Of a stretch of DNA of 64,000 nucleotides, positions 49,019 through 58,975 are shown one piece after another (position 1 is the stretch's first letter; each line of letters begins with the position of its first letter). A model generated the notes under the pieces. That model was not told the origin of the DNA and did no database searches. It saw only the letters and a program-made list of their open reading frames with translations. Made by a program: the position numbers and the translations under genes. Origin of the DNA: an uncultured Nitrososphaerota archaeon (lineage in GTDB: Archaea; Thermoproteota; Nitrososphaeria; Nitrososphaerales; Gagatemarchaeaceae); assembly GCA_963703285.1 (NCBI GenBank), contig OY969807.1:736001-800000 (forward strand). The letters are read 5' to 3'.

Positions 49019-50110
49019 ATGGGTGCCGCTGATAGGGTCAGGGCCGACCTGATCAATTTCGCGCGCAGCTACACCAGGAGCAGGATCGGCCTCTTCTTCG
49101 GACTCGCGTTCCCCGTGATCCTGATCCTTCTGTTCGGTGCCATCTTCGCAGGGAGCGGTTCGGTCCCGGTCGTCTACGCGCAGAATCAGGACGCTGGACC
49201 CGTAGGGGCCGCGTTCCTGCAGACCCTGAACCAGACGGGGAGCCTGCAGATAACGCTCGTCCCGACCTCACAGAACTTCTCGCAGTACCTCCTCTCGCAC
49301 TCGTCGTCTGACGGGATAATCGTCCCTCAGGACTTCACGGCGGACTACGGAGCAGGTCAGCCGGTCAAAGTCACGGAGTACTGGAACCCGTCGAGCTCCA
49401 CCAGCCAGGTCGTGTTCGGCGTGGTGAGCGGGGTCGTCAACGAATTCAACCTCCAGAGGGTCAACGGGACGGCCGTGCTTGGGGTCGCGAGGACCACCGT
49501 CAAGTCGAAGTCTTACACGTACATCGACTTCCTGATTCCGGGGATGATAGGCTTCGCCATCCTGGTCAGCCCCATGTTCGCCCTGGTGAACATCAGCTCC
49601 CAGTACAAGCGGGACAAGATATTCAAGCAGCTCTCTCTCACGCCCCTGACGAAGACCGACTGGCTGCTGTCGAAGATAGGGTTCTACATCATCATGACAA
49701 TCGTCTCCTTCTTCCTCATGACGGGGGTTGGGATCTACGCATTCGGAGCCAGCATCGCGTTCTCGCTCTGGATCCTGCCGTTCCTCCTGCTCGGTCCCTT
49801 CCTCTTCGTCTCGCTCGGGATGCTGGTGGGCACCGTGTCCACGAGCGTCGAGTCCGCCGCCGTAGTGGGGAACCTCATTACATTCCCGATGATGTTCCTC
49901 TCCGGCACGTTCTTCCCAACCAGCGGTTTCCCGCCCTACCTGCAGGACGTGGCCCACGTGCTTCCATTGTTCTACGTGATACAGGGGTTGAACAACGTCA
50001 TGATATACGGGAACACCTCGGCGGCCATCACCGACATAGCCGTCTTGATTGTGACGTCGGTGGTCATATTCGTCCTCGCGGTCCGCTTCTTCAAGTGGCG
50101 CGAGGACTAG
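49019..50110 (+). CDS. ABC-2 exporter permease
   Basis: YIDFLIPG, PMMFLSGTFFP, extracellular loop. Confidence 0.92.
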   Translation: MGAADRVRADLINFARSYTRSRIGLFFGLAFPVILILLFGAIFAGSGSVPVVYAQNQDAGPVGAAFLQTLNQTGSLQITLVPTSQNFSQYLLSHSSSDGIIVPQDFTADYGAGQPVKVTEYWNPSSSTSQVVFGVVSGVVNEFNLQRVNGTAVLGVARTTVKSKSYTYIDFLIPGMIGFAILVSPMFALVNISSQYKRDKIFKQLSLTPLTKTDWLLSKIGFYIIMTIVSFFLMTGVGIYAFGASIAFSLWILPFLLLGPFLFVSLGMLVGTVSTSVESAAVVGNLITFPMMFLSGTFFPTSGFPPYLQDVAHVLPLFYVIQGLNNVMIYGNTSAAITDIAVLIVTSVVIFVLAVRFFKWRED

Positions 50111-50179
50111 GTTCGCCCCAAGCTGCCCGCAGCGTCCAGAAAACCATTATAGCGAAACGAGTCGGGTTGGGACGAGCGA

Positions 50180-50264
50180 GCGGGGGTCGCCCAGCCTGGC
50201 CAACGGCGCGGGGCTTAGGACCCCGTCCCTTAGGGGTTCGTGGGTTCGAATCCCACCCCCCGCA
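50180..50264 (+). tRNA. tRNA-Leu(TAG)
   Basis: GCGGGGG/CCCCCGC acceptor stem, CGGGG-CTTAGGA-CCCCG anticodon arm, long variable arm, GTGGG-TTCGAAT-CCCAC; no encoded CCA. Confidence 0.96.
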
Positions 50265-50310
50265 CTCTCTCACTGGCGAAATGGGCCAAGGACGCCGAAA
50301 GACAGCCGCG

Positions 50311-53300
50311 CTAGGACGACGCCGACGGGGAGGCCGTTCTCCTTCTCCTCCTCGAGAGGATAAAGACAAGCAGAGCCAAAATCAAGACTACCACGACGAA
50401 CGCTATGCCCAGTAACATCGGGACAACCTTCGGAGGCGTGGAGATCGATTGGCCCAGAACCGACATCAGAGACAGCGCGACAGAGACGACTATCGAACCA
50501 AGCGCTTGGTTGACGCCGGAGGAGAGGTTCACGGCCGCCGAGAGGGTGGCGAAGAAGGACCCGCCCAGTCCCAGAATCGGAGATAGTGTTCCGGCAATCG
50601 TGACCAGTCGGCTTGTAACTACTCCTATCGACTGGCCGAGCGCGGACATCAGGGAGAGTGATAGGTTGTCCACTATCGAGCCCAGCGCCTGATTTACGCT
50701 CGGGGAGAGACTAACTGCGGCGGATAGCGTGGCAAAGAATGACTTCACTGCTATTGTTCCTATAGATTGGCTGAGGCTCGAGGAAAGCGATATCGACGCG
50801 CTCAGCACGGCCACGAATCCGTTTATGGCGCCTGAAAGAGTGGAAACGAGGGTAGTGCTCAGAGGCTGAATTATCACTGCCAAGTCTTGGTTCACCGAAG
50901 CCGCGAGGGTCATTGCCGATGAAGCCGAGCTGGACAGGTCCTGATTGAAGGTGAACGCGAGGGAAAGCAGCGCGGAAAGAGAGTTGCCCACGTCTTGGTC
51001 TAGGGAAGCGGCGAGCGAGACTCCTTGATTGAGCGCATTGGACAAGGCTTGGTCGACTGCCGATGTCAAGGACAATGACGCAGAGGCGACTATCGAGCTC
51101 AGCGCCTGATCGACGCCGGAAGACAGGCTCACGGTAGCAGACAGCGTGGCGAAGAGGGACGCGCCAACCTGTAGGACCGGGGATAGTGATACTGCCACAC
51201 TCGCGACTATTCCTCCCAAGTCCTGATTGAGAGAGGCGCCCAGGGACATCGCGGAAGAAACTAGAATGCCTAGGTCTTGATCGAGTGAGGCGGCAAGGGA
51301 GAGGGAGGGGGTCAGTGTGTTGGACAGGTCTTGGTTCAAGCTTGAGAGCAGCGATTCGGAATAGGACAGTATTGCGGAGAGAGATGCGCCAACTTGTAGG
51401 ACCGAAGATAGCGTTACTGACATATTCGCAACCATTCCCCCGATGTCCTGGCCCAGAGCACTTGACAACGCCACGGCTATTGAATTGGCAATTCCAGACA
51501 AATCCTGGCCGAGAGAAGGGAGCAAGGTGATGCCCGAAACGGGATTCACGCCTAGAGACTGATTGATTGTCGTTCCGAGAGATATCGCGGCAGATAACAG
51601 TTCAGAGAAGGCGGCCTGGATGGAAAGACTCGCTGAAAGGGCGATGTTCATCGCCTCTGCTATTCCGGTAATGGACTGATTCACCGCGACGGCCAGGACA
51701 GTCGAAGCCGAATCGGTTATCGCAGCTAGTCCCTCATTGACGAAGAGAGTGAGCGAGGCGGTGGCGGATGCGAATATGCCTACGGCGGGGTTGAGCGTGG
51801 AAAGAAGGGATACAGAACTCGACAAAGCCGCCGACAATGCGGCTTGCGCTGTCAATAGGATGCTCAGCCCGATGCTGGAACTACTCGTTACCGTGAGATC
51901 CTGCCCTACTGAGGATGCCAAAGATACCGTGGCGGACACCACGGCTGATAGAGCGCCTTGGACTGCAAGGCTCGCAGAAAGGAGGATGCTAGTGACCGGA
52001 GTGATCCCCGCCAATCCCTGATTGATTGACGGGGTCAGAGACATGGCAGCCGTGACGACTGTCGAGAGCTCGGCCTGTATTGCCAATGCCAATGCAAGAG
52101 CGATCGTGGAAGATTGCGTTACTCCGGATATGGCCTGATCAATCGTGGGAGTTATCGAGATGGCAGCAGAAAGAACCGATGAAAGCGCCGACTGCACTGC
52201 CAGCGTGGGTGTCAGGGAAATAGCAGAATTAGTGGCTAACGCCAGGGCCTGATTGACAGATGATGTGAGCGACACTGCGGCCGATATCAGTGCTGGGAAG
52301 GCTCCTTGAATAGCAAGGCTCGCGGACAATCCCATGCCAACCGACGGCGTTATTCCGAGAGCCTGGTTGATCGTCGCCGCGAGGGTCAAGGCCGACGAAA
52401 GGGCCGCCGAGAGCGCGGCCTGTATCGCAAGCGTGGGAATCAATCCGATGCTAGAACTCGCGCTTACAGTCAAACCTTGATTCATGGATGAGGCCAGCGA
52501 TATCGAGGCAGAGACGAAGGCAGATAGAGCACCCTGGATGCTGAGGCTCGCTGAGAGCACCATGCTGATTGCGGCGGTTATTCCGGCGATGGCCTGATCG
52601 ACCGCGGGGGAGAGCGCCATCGTCGCGGACTGTGTCAGACCATTCGCCTGACCGACCGTCGCAGAAAGGCCCATGGATGCAACGTCTGTTATTCCAGCGA
52701 CTGCCTGACTGACTGTAGGAGTTATGGACATGGCCGCTGAAGGAACCGACGATAGCGCAGCCTGTATTGCCAATGTTGGAATAAGATTGATTGAAGCCGA
52801 CACGGAATTACTTATGGCCTGACCGATTCCCGATATCAGAGAAAGCGTTGGGCTCAGTCTGTTGGATATGGCTTGCTTCAGAGTCCCGGTGAGTGATATG
52901 GCGTGAGAGAGAGCAGAGGTGCAACTCCCATTCAGACAGCTGAATGAGGTCGATGGCATCACGTTGCTCGGGGGGTAGGCCCTAATCCTGAACCAGTAGG
53001 TTGTTTGGGTGTCTGAGGCAGCGAAGCTCACTTGTAGGAGACCAGGGTAGTTCGTGAGAGAAACCGTTCCGGAAGCCGTTACCGGGCTAGCGTAGTTCTG
53101 GTATTCGGTGGCCGCGGTGGAGCTCACGGCAAGCGTAACAACCTGCAGGGTCGTGGCAGGCGGGTTGGGGGTAAAGGCTGTGCATCCTGAGGCTATGCAC
53201 AAGCCGTTGATGCCGTCGGAGCCCTCCGGGGGGTACACCCATTGAGCCGCGCCGCTCGTGACCGTATATGAAGAGGATGTTGTCTGGAGGTTGCTGAAGG

Positions 53301-54023
53301 ATGCGCCTATCCAGGCTCCCACAGTGTTGCTGACCTGATAGGCGTCGACGATCAGCGGACCAGTGTATTGACTGTTGAGTGAGAACGAATAGCCTGGAAA
53401 CGGGTTAGAGTCGACGGTAAGACCGTTGTTGACCGAGTAGGTCCCTGCAGCTCCCACGGTGTCCCAAGCGCTGCTGATGCTGGTGCCCGCGAAGTTGTCG
53501 TAGAAGGTAAAGACATTCTTTCCATCGTCATACTGACCATAGGTGGCCGAGAGCTGAGGAGCCTCGCCCCACACGCTCGATCCTGAGTTTCCCATGTTGT
53601 TCGTGCTCGTGCTCAGGAACCCCAGGTAGATGGTGAGCGTGCCGCCGGTGGCTGCAATGATGTCCGAGCCGAGGTTGACCCACACCGTGGAAGATGTGGC
53701 CGTGTTGGAGCACGACAACTCGCACCATGCGTTAAGAATCGTGTTTGAACTGTCGTAGAACTCCACGTTCGTTACGCCCGAATTGAGATACGAAGCATAT
53801 TCATTCCAGTCAACCGTAAGTTGTTGCTGAAAATTGGTCGGGGTGGCAGCCGATTGGCTGTTCGTCAGCGTGACTGTAACGTACGCCACCACACCAGACG
53901 GTTGGGCATGAGCGTCCCGTATCTCGGGGCCCAGAGCCAGAAAGGCAGAGCCTATGAGGAGGAACAGGACTGTGAGTGTCTTGATTACAGTCTTCTGTTC
54001 GCGCGGGGTAGGAAAAAAGTCAT
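50311..54023 (-). CDS. Large secreted surface protein: signal peptide, DUF2341-like domain, about 43 repeats, C-terminal TM anchor
   Basis: Signal ending AHA-QP; ATPTNFQQ, STVWVNL, GEAPQLSATYGQYDDGKNVFTFYDNF; TM followed by RRRRR; likely ATG 54023 needs a -1 correction before about 53987. Confidence 0.8.
50440..52920 (-). repeat. Protein-level tandem repeat, about 43 units of 18-21 aa
   Basis: Units such as ALSAALSSALTLAATINQ / ALGITPSVGMGLSASLAIQ, mostly ending in Gln; near-duplicate blocks FFATLSAAVxLSxxVNQALGSIV. Confidence 0.85.
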
Positions 54024-54025
54024 GC

Positions 54026-54775
54026 TCAGGTCCTCGATATTGACCACGTGATTGTGAGTGTGTTCCCGCTGACCAACGAGTCCGGGCCGAACGTGCCCTC
54101 AGCATAAGGGTAGACGTGGGTTCCACTGCCGAGTTCGGTCATGAGACAGGCAACCTGAACGGAGCTATCTGTTTCTGCAGCGGTGAACGTGTGCGCTACT
54201 GTCGTCGTGACTGTGCTTCCCGCCGCTCCTGCAGTCACTGTCCCTGCGACATCGGTCAGTCCTCCAGACTGGATGAGGTTGGTCGAATCGCATGGGCCTG
54301 CGGCAAACGTGTCGGTCGCGGCGGGTGCGGTGGCACTCTCAGAGAGGCCTACGATCGTCGCATGGTCCCCAGAAGTGATCGTTATCGTTCCACACGTTCC
54401 GAATATGACGCACTGCTCGAAGTCGTGCCCGTCGTTGGTGATTACGGTGGGGTCGAGAGTATACGTGATTCCATGGCAGAAGGCCCAGCAACTAGCGGTG
54501 AACCCCTCCTGGAGGAGCTTGACGTTGACGAAAGCCTGTTCTTGGTGCGTGATTACAACCTGGAAGTTGATACAGGATCCGGTGACTACGTCAAAGGTGC
54601 CCGGAGTCCCGTTGGGCATCGTGCAGGTGGGTGAGGGATGGGATACCGAACTTGAGTAGAAGTACGGTACCGCAACCACGAACCCCATGGCAAGTACGAC
54701 TATTACGAAGGCGGAAATCAGATAATTTTTGCGGTTAGTGCCCCGTTTCACCGGCGCGCTCTCAGCGCTTGACAT
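54026..54775 (-). CDS. N-terminally anchored protein resembling phage tail-collar/fibre small subunits
   Basis: TM, then VITNDG..VGLSESATAPAATDT..HTFTA..TFGPDSLVSGNTLTITWSIS; TTAAATA box 27 nt upstream. Confidence 0.65.
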   Translation of the reverse strand: MSSAESAPVKRGTNRKNYLISAFVIVVLAMGFVVAVPYFYSSSVSHPSPTCTMPNGTPGTFDVVTGSCINFQVVITHQEQAFVNVKLLQEGFTASCWAFCHGITYTLDPTVITNDGHDFEQCVIFGTCGTITITSGDHATIVGLSESATAPAATDTFAAGPCDSTNLIQSGGLTDVAGTVTAGAAGSTVTTTVAHTFTAAETDSSVQVACLMTELGSGTHVYPYAEGTFGPDSLVSGNTLTITWSISRT

Positions 54776-55239
54776 ACCGAGTAGGGCATACTCAAAGTTA
54801 CTATTTAAGCCCTGTGAGAGTTTGAGGGTGTTTATGGACGATATTTCTACTCATTGTCTTGACTTTGGAGTCCTGAACTGCTCAAAGGGCAACTTGAGGG
54901 CATGGCACTGTTTCAGGTGCGAAACGGGACACAAAAGGGTATCAATCTGCGATATGCGCCTCGTTCAAAGCTACTCTCGGGCTCCGGTCTCGTTTCACCG
55001 AGATTGTGCCTGATTCATCGCTTTTCATTACTCGATACCCCCCGCCTAGAATCCTGCCCTAGTCGGGGGAAGCACTGGTAGGCAGGTGACGCTGAACTGC
55101 CCCGGGCGTCCGATGAGGGCCCAGGATGCACCCTGATTCTCGTGAGGGTATCTTAGCGCAGCCGTAGAATTGAGGAGCGCCTAACCCCAAAGAGCGGTGG
55201 CACAGAAACTTATTACCAGAAAGTCCCCGGATTCGTGCC

Positions 55240-55713
55240 ATGGTTTGGTACACCGTCCACTACAGTTTCAGCCAGAGATTCAAGTTCCCCCTCCAGGAAG
55301 CCTGGCGTTGGTCCACCGACTACGACGAGAACGACATTGCGCTGACCGGGCAGAATGGGAAACGAGAGATAGAGAGACTGAATCAAGATACCCTAGTCCT
55401 CACCGACTCGTACTACACCGACGGGCGGACCACAACTAAGCGAAGGCTGATCAGGCTCTTCCCTGAGCTGCACATGCTGACCAATACCAGGCTGTCTAGT
55501 GCCAACAGGCACTCCCAGTTCATCTACCAGTTCGTGAGCGAGGGAAGGAACAGGTCGAGGCTGGACTTCACCGGCGCCCAGGTCAACAGATCCAGGAACA
55601 AGCCTGCGGCGTCAAAGGTGGCCGCGCTCGCCGGAGAGTACGAGAGATTCGATTCCCGAATCTGGGTCAACCTTGCTGCGGCGATGGAGAAGGACCTCGC
55701 CGGTCGTGCGTGA
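55240..55713 (+). CDS. Hypothetical SRPBCC-like protein
   Basis: PLQEAWRWSTDY, SRLDF, terminal helix WVNLAAAMEKDL. Confidence 0.6.
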   Translation: MVWYTVHYSFSQRFKFPLQEAWRWSTDYDENDIALTGQNGKREIERLNQDTLVLTDSYYTDGRTTTKRRLIRLFPELHMLTNTRLSSANRHSQFIYQFVSEGRNRSRLDFTGAQVNRSRNKPAASKVAALAGEYERFDSRIWVNLAAAMEKDLAGRA

Positions 55714-57514
55714 TGCTGTGCATCACGAACCCCAGAGCTGCGGAGTAGCCCTCTATCCTGTTCTGAAGCTTCACCAGCCCGTGGCCCTCGTCGTCGAATG
55801 CCACGATGTGCGCCTCGCGGCCAAGCCTCTGCATCGTCTCCATTATCTGGGAGGCCTCCCCGATAGGAACGCGGGGGTCGTTCCTCCCGTGGATTATGAA
55901 GAGCGGTGCCTCGATCAGGTGTGCATTGTTGTTCGGAGAGATGCTCTCCAGGAACTCGGCGTCCTTCTCCGGGTCTCCGTACTCGGGGATTCTCAACCTC
56001 CGCCGCCACGGACCCGTGTTCTTGAGGAAGGTGACGAGGTTGGAGATTCCGACGATGTCGACGCCGGCCGCCCAGAGGTCCGGGTGGGAGTAGAGGCAGG
56101 CCAAGACCATGAAACCGCCATATGACCCTCCCCACGCCACGACCTTGGCGGGGTCGACCGAGGCCAGCTTCTCCGCCTCCGCGAGAGCTGCCACCGAGTC
56201 TTCGACGGTATCCATCCTCTTCCTGACATCGTCGAGATGCGTATAGGCCCTCCCGTAACCCGTGCTCCCTCGGAAGTTGGGGGCGAGGACGACGAACCCG
56301 AGCTTGAGGAAGTACTGCAGCAGCGGGCTGAACCCTGGACGGAACTGGCTCTCCGGGCCGCCATGGAGATAGAGCAGGAGAGGGTGCGGGCCCTCGACCG
56401 CCGGCGAGTAAAGGAATGCGGGTACCTCGAGCCCGTCGAAGGACCTGAACCTGAAGAGGCGCTCGCTCCGGAAGCTGTCCCGGGGAATCCCGCTGGTCGA
56501 GCTGTCCGAGACCCTCCGGAGACGCGCGCTCGAGACGTCGTAGGTCCAGATGTTGGAGTTGGAAGTGGAGGAGGAAAGAGCGAATGCGAGCTTGTCGCAC
56601 TGGGGAGACCAGGCGAGACCCCCGATGACCGACTTGGGAACGTCGACCGGTGAGGGCTCCTCCCCGTCTGACCCAGAGACCAACAGCCTGGAGTAACCGT
56701 CTTCGTTGACCGTGAACGCAAGGCTACCGTCCCTCGCCACGGCCAGTCCCTCTAGCTCCCACCTCTCCCCGTAGATGTAGTTTGGCGGCCCTCCAGAGAG
56801 GTCGATCCGGGCCAGGGCGGGTGCGTCCCTCCCCTGGTCGGTGAGACAGAAGATTCCCTTGCCGCTGGGGTCGAAGGCTGCGTATTCGTAGGTCGCCTCG
56901 CCCTCGTGCGGGGTCAGCAGGTGAGCGTCGCGGTCCTTCAGGTTGAGGAGGTAGAGGTCGTGGTTGAAGGGGCTGTGGATCCGCGTGAAGAGGATGGAGG
57001 CGGCGTCCGGAGACCAGGCGACGGCGAAGTTGGTCGCGTCGTTCTGGTAGACGACCTGGGCGAACCCCGCCTGCAGGGGCTGGACGTAGATGTCGAAGAA
57101 GGCGCGGTTCCTGTAGTTGTTGGAGAAGCAGACGGACGTCTCGTCCGGGGACCAGTCGCCCCAGTTGTGAATGACGGTCGGCTCCGTCGTGAGGTAGATC
57201 TGTCTCTCCCCTCCGTTCTCCAAGATGTGAATCTGGAATCGCTCGTCTCCGCCGGAGTCGATTCCGCACGCCATCAGGTCCCTCTTCCGGGCGTAGCTGA
57301 GGAAACCAACCCTCTCCTTCCCCAGAGTCAGCTGCTGGGGCCAGGAACCCGGCTCGAGCGAGACGCTCCACACCTGCGGGACCCCCGTGAGGTCGGAGAG
57401 GAACGCGATTCTCCCGCCGTCAGGCGAGAACTGGGGGGCGTAAGAGGACTTTATCGAGAGGTATCGCTCCAGCCCCTGCCTCATCTCGTACAGCTCTGCG
57501 GAGACGGGGTCCAA
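55667..57514 (-). CDS. S9-family (prolyl oligopeptidase/acylaminoacyl) peptidase
   Basis: WSPD propeller repeats, HGGPE, GGSYGG, HGRNDPRV, DEGHG. Confidence 0.93.
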   Translation of the reverse strand: MDPVSAELYEMRQGLERYLSIKSSYAPQFSPDGGRIAFLSDLTGVPQVWSVSLEPGSWPQQLTLGKERVGFLSYARKRDLMACGIDSGGDERFQIHILENGGERQIYLTTEPTVIHNWGDWSPDETSVCFSNNYRNRAFFDIYVQPLQAGFAQVVYQNDATNFAVAWSPDAASILFTRIHSPFNHDLYLLNLKDRDAHLLTPHEGEATYEYAAFDPSGKGIFCLTDQGRDAPALARIDLSGGPPNYIYGERWELEGLAVARDGSLAFTVNEDGYSRLLVSGSDGEEPSPVDVPKSVIGGLAWSPQCDKLAFALSSSTSNSNIWTYDVSSARLRRVSDSSTSGIPRDSFRSERLFRFRSFDGLEVPAFLYSPAVEGPHPLLLYLHGGPESQFRPGFSPLLQYFLKLGFVVLAPNFRGSTGYGRAYTHLDDVRKRMDTVEDSVAALAEAEKLASVDPAKVVAWGGSYGGFMVLACLYSHPDLWAAGVDIVGISNLVTFLKNTGPWRRRLRIPEYGDPEKDAEFLESISPNNNAHLIEAPLFIIHGRNDPRVPIGEASQIMETMQRLGREAHIVAFDDEGHGLVKLQNRIEGYSAALGFVMHSITHDRRGPSPSPQQG

Positions 57515-57602
57515 ACCAGACGGGGTCGGGAGCCCCTTCTCTTAAGAATGAGTGCCTGCAAACACCTTGAAATATCACCCCGTACTGCCCCATCCATCCG
57601 GA

Positions 57603-58415
57603 ATGGGCGAACGCACAGCGCTGCCTGAAGAGAGCCAGACCGTCCCTGCCATCTTCTCGACCGACCTAGTGATGTTTCCACACATGGAGATAACGCTCTC
57701 GATGACCGAGAAGAAGAGCTCCGACGCAGTGCTGAGGGCCATGCGGGAGAACCACCTCGTCGCTTTCATCCCATCGGACTTCGAGCGCACGAGCGAGGGG
57801 ATAGGAACGCTCACCCTCGTCACGGGGAGCGAACTCTCGCGCGAGGGCGTGAGCGTTGTGCTGAAGGGCCTGTGGAGGGTGATGGTCTCCAATCCCCGAG
57901 GCCTCGACTCGGAACAGGTGGTCCGGATCCAGAGGGTGGAGGAGAACGAGAGCGATGGACGGGACACGGAGGGGGTGATGCGAAGGGTGCAGAATCAGAT
58001 CTCTGAGTTCAGCGAGATTCTAACGGACATACCGCAGGAGATAGTCGCGGTCCTCAAGAATGCGAAGAACCCGTCGGAGCTTTCAGACCTCTGCGCTATG
58101 TCGCCGGCGCTGACGCACGAAGAGAGGATAACCCTTCTAAGGACGCTCGACCCTGACGAGAGGTTGAGGATCGTGAACAGGCACCTCGACCGGCAGCTGG
58201 AGATGCTCAGGTCCCTGGCAGAGGGGAAGCCAATCCCTGAATGCCAGACCTGCGCGGACCTCGCCGACGCGGCGTTCGAGGGAGACCCCGCCGTGCGAGC
58301 GGAGCGGATAGTGGAGTTCCTGAATCACGTTGTCAGCAACCACACCGCGGAGCTCCTCGGCGTCCTTGCGGAGAAGTACGGGCCGGGATTCATGCGCAAG
58401 CGGTCTCTCAGATAG
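57603..58415 (+). CDS. Stand-alone Lon N-terminal substrate-binding domain protein with C-terminal CxxC..H..H
   Basis: DLVMFPHMEITL, GIGTL, LKGLWRV, LLRTLDPDERL; no AAA+ or protease domain. Confidence 0.78.
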   Translation: MGERTALPEESQTVPAIFSTDLVMFPHMEITLSMTEKKSSDAVLRAMRENHLVAFIPSDFERTSEGIGTLTLVTGSELSREGVSVVLKGLWRVMVSNPRGLDSEQVVRIQRVEENESDGRDTEGVMRRVQNQISEFSEILTDIPQEIVAVLKNAKNPSELSDLCAMSPALTHEERITLLRTLDPDERLRIVNRHLDRQLEMLRSLAEGKPIPECQTCADLADAAFEGDPAVRAERIVEFLNHVVSNHTAELLGVLAEKYGPGFMRKRSLR

Positions 58416-58466
58416 TGGACGCCCTCGCTAGAACCGCGGCGGGCTCCAGACCCGCGCTCAGAGACA

Positions 58467-58949
58467 TTACACGATGGACCGTCGAGACTCGGGTGCCTCC
58501 CAGATGGTCTCTGTCTCCTCGTTCAGGGCGTGGAGCTCCTCGCCGAGCCCCCACGAGGACACGAGGTCATCCGTCTCTGTCTCCCTCGCCTTTGAGTCCT
58601 CGGGAAGGACGTGCTCGTTGAGCCAAGCGTGGGCGAGCTCGTGGGCTATGACAGCCATTGCGGCCCTGTCTGAGAGCTGATCGAGGAGTTCGCCGTAGAA
58701 GGCGACGGTCTGTCTTCCCTTCGGGGCGCCGCGCTCGCGTCCTCCTCGCCCGGCCCTCCCCCAGGTGGTCAGACCGACCAAGCCCCGGAGGGGACCCCTC
58801 TTGGCGAGCCTAACCTCTCTCACCGTGGTGAGCGGGATGATGTCCGCGGGAATCCTCGAGAGCGTCTCATCAAGCAGGCGGAGGAACCTTTGATCCCGCG
58901 CTGAGACCTCGGCACCTCCGAGGAAGGTCCGCGGTCCGTCTCTGAGCAT
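58467..58949 (-). CDS. Small HExxH metallopeptidase-like protein
   Basis: AVIAHELAHAWL with downstream ETETD..SWG. Confidence 0.65.
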   Translation of the reverse strand: MLRDGPRTFLGGAEVSARDQRFLRLLDETLSRIPADIIPLTTVREVRLAKRGPLRGLVGLTTWGRAGRGGRERGAPKGRQTVAFYGELLDQLSDRAAMAVIAHELAHAWLNEHVLPEDSKARETETDDLVSSWGLGEELHALNEETETIWEAPESRRSIV

Positions 58950-58975
58950 GTTTCAAAGGCCTGCCTACAGTCATA

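Noticed and set aside
49016-49021. In-frame TAG-ATG junction between ABC ATPase and permease
   Set aside because: Ordinary translational coupling with a canonical start; both proteins are full length
55085-55140. CTGA..CGATGA..CTGA as a box C/D sRNA
   Set aside because: No upstream C box and atypical spacing
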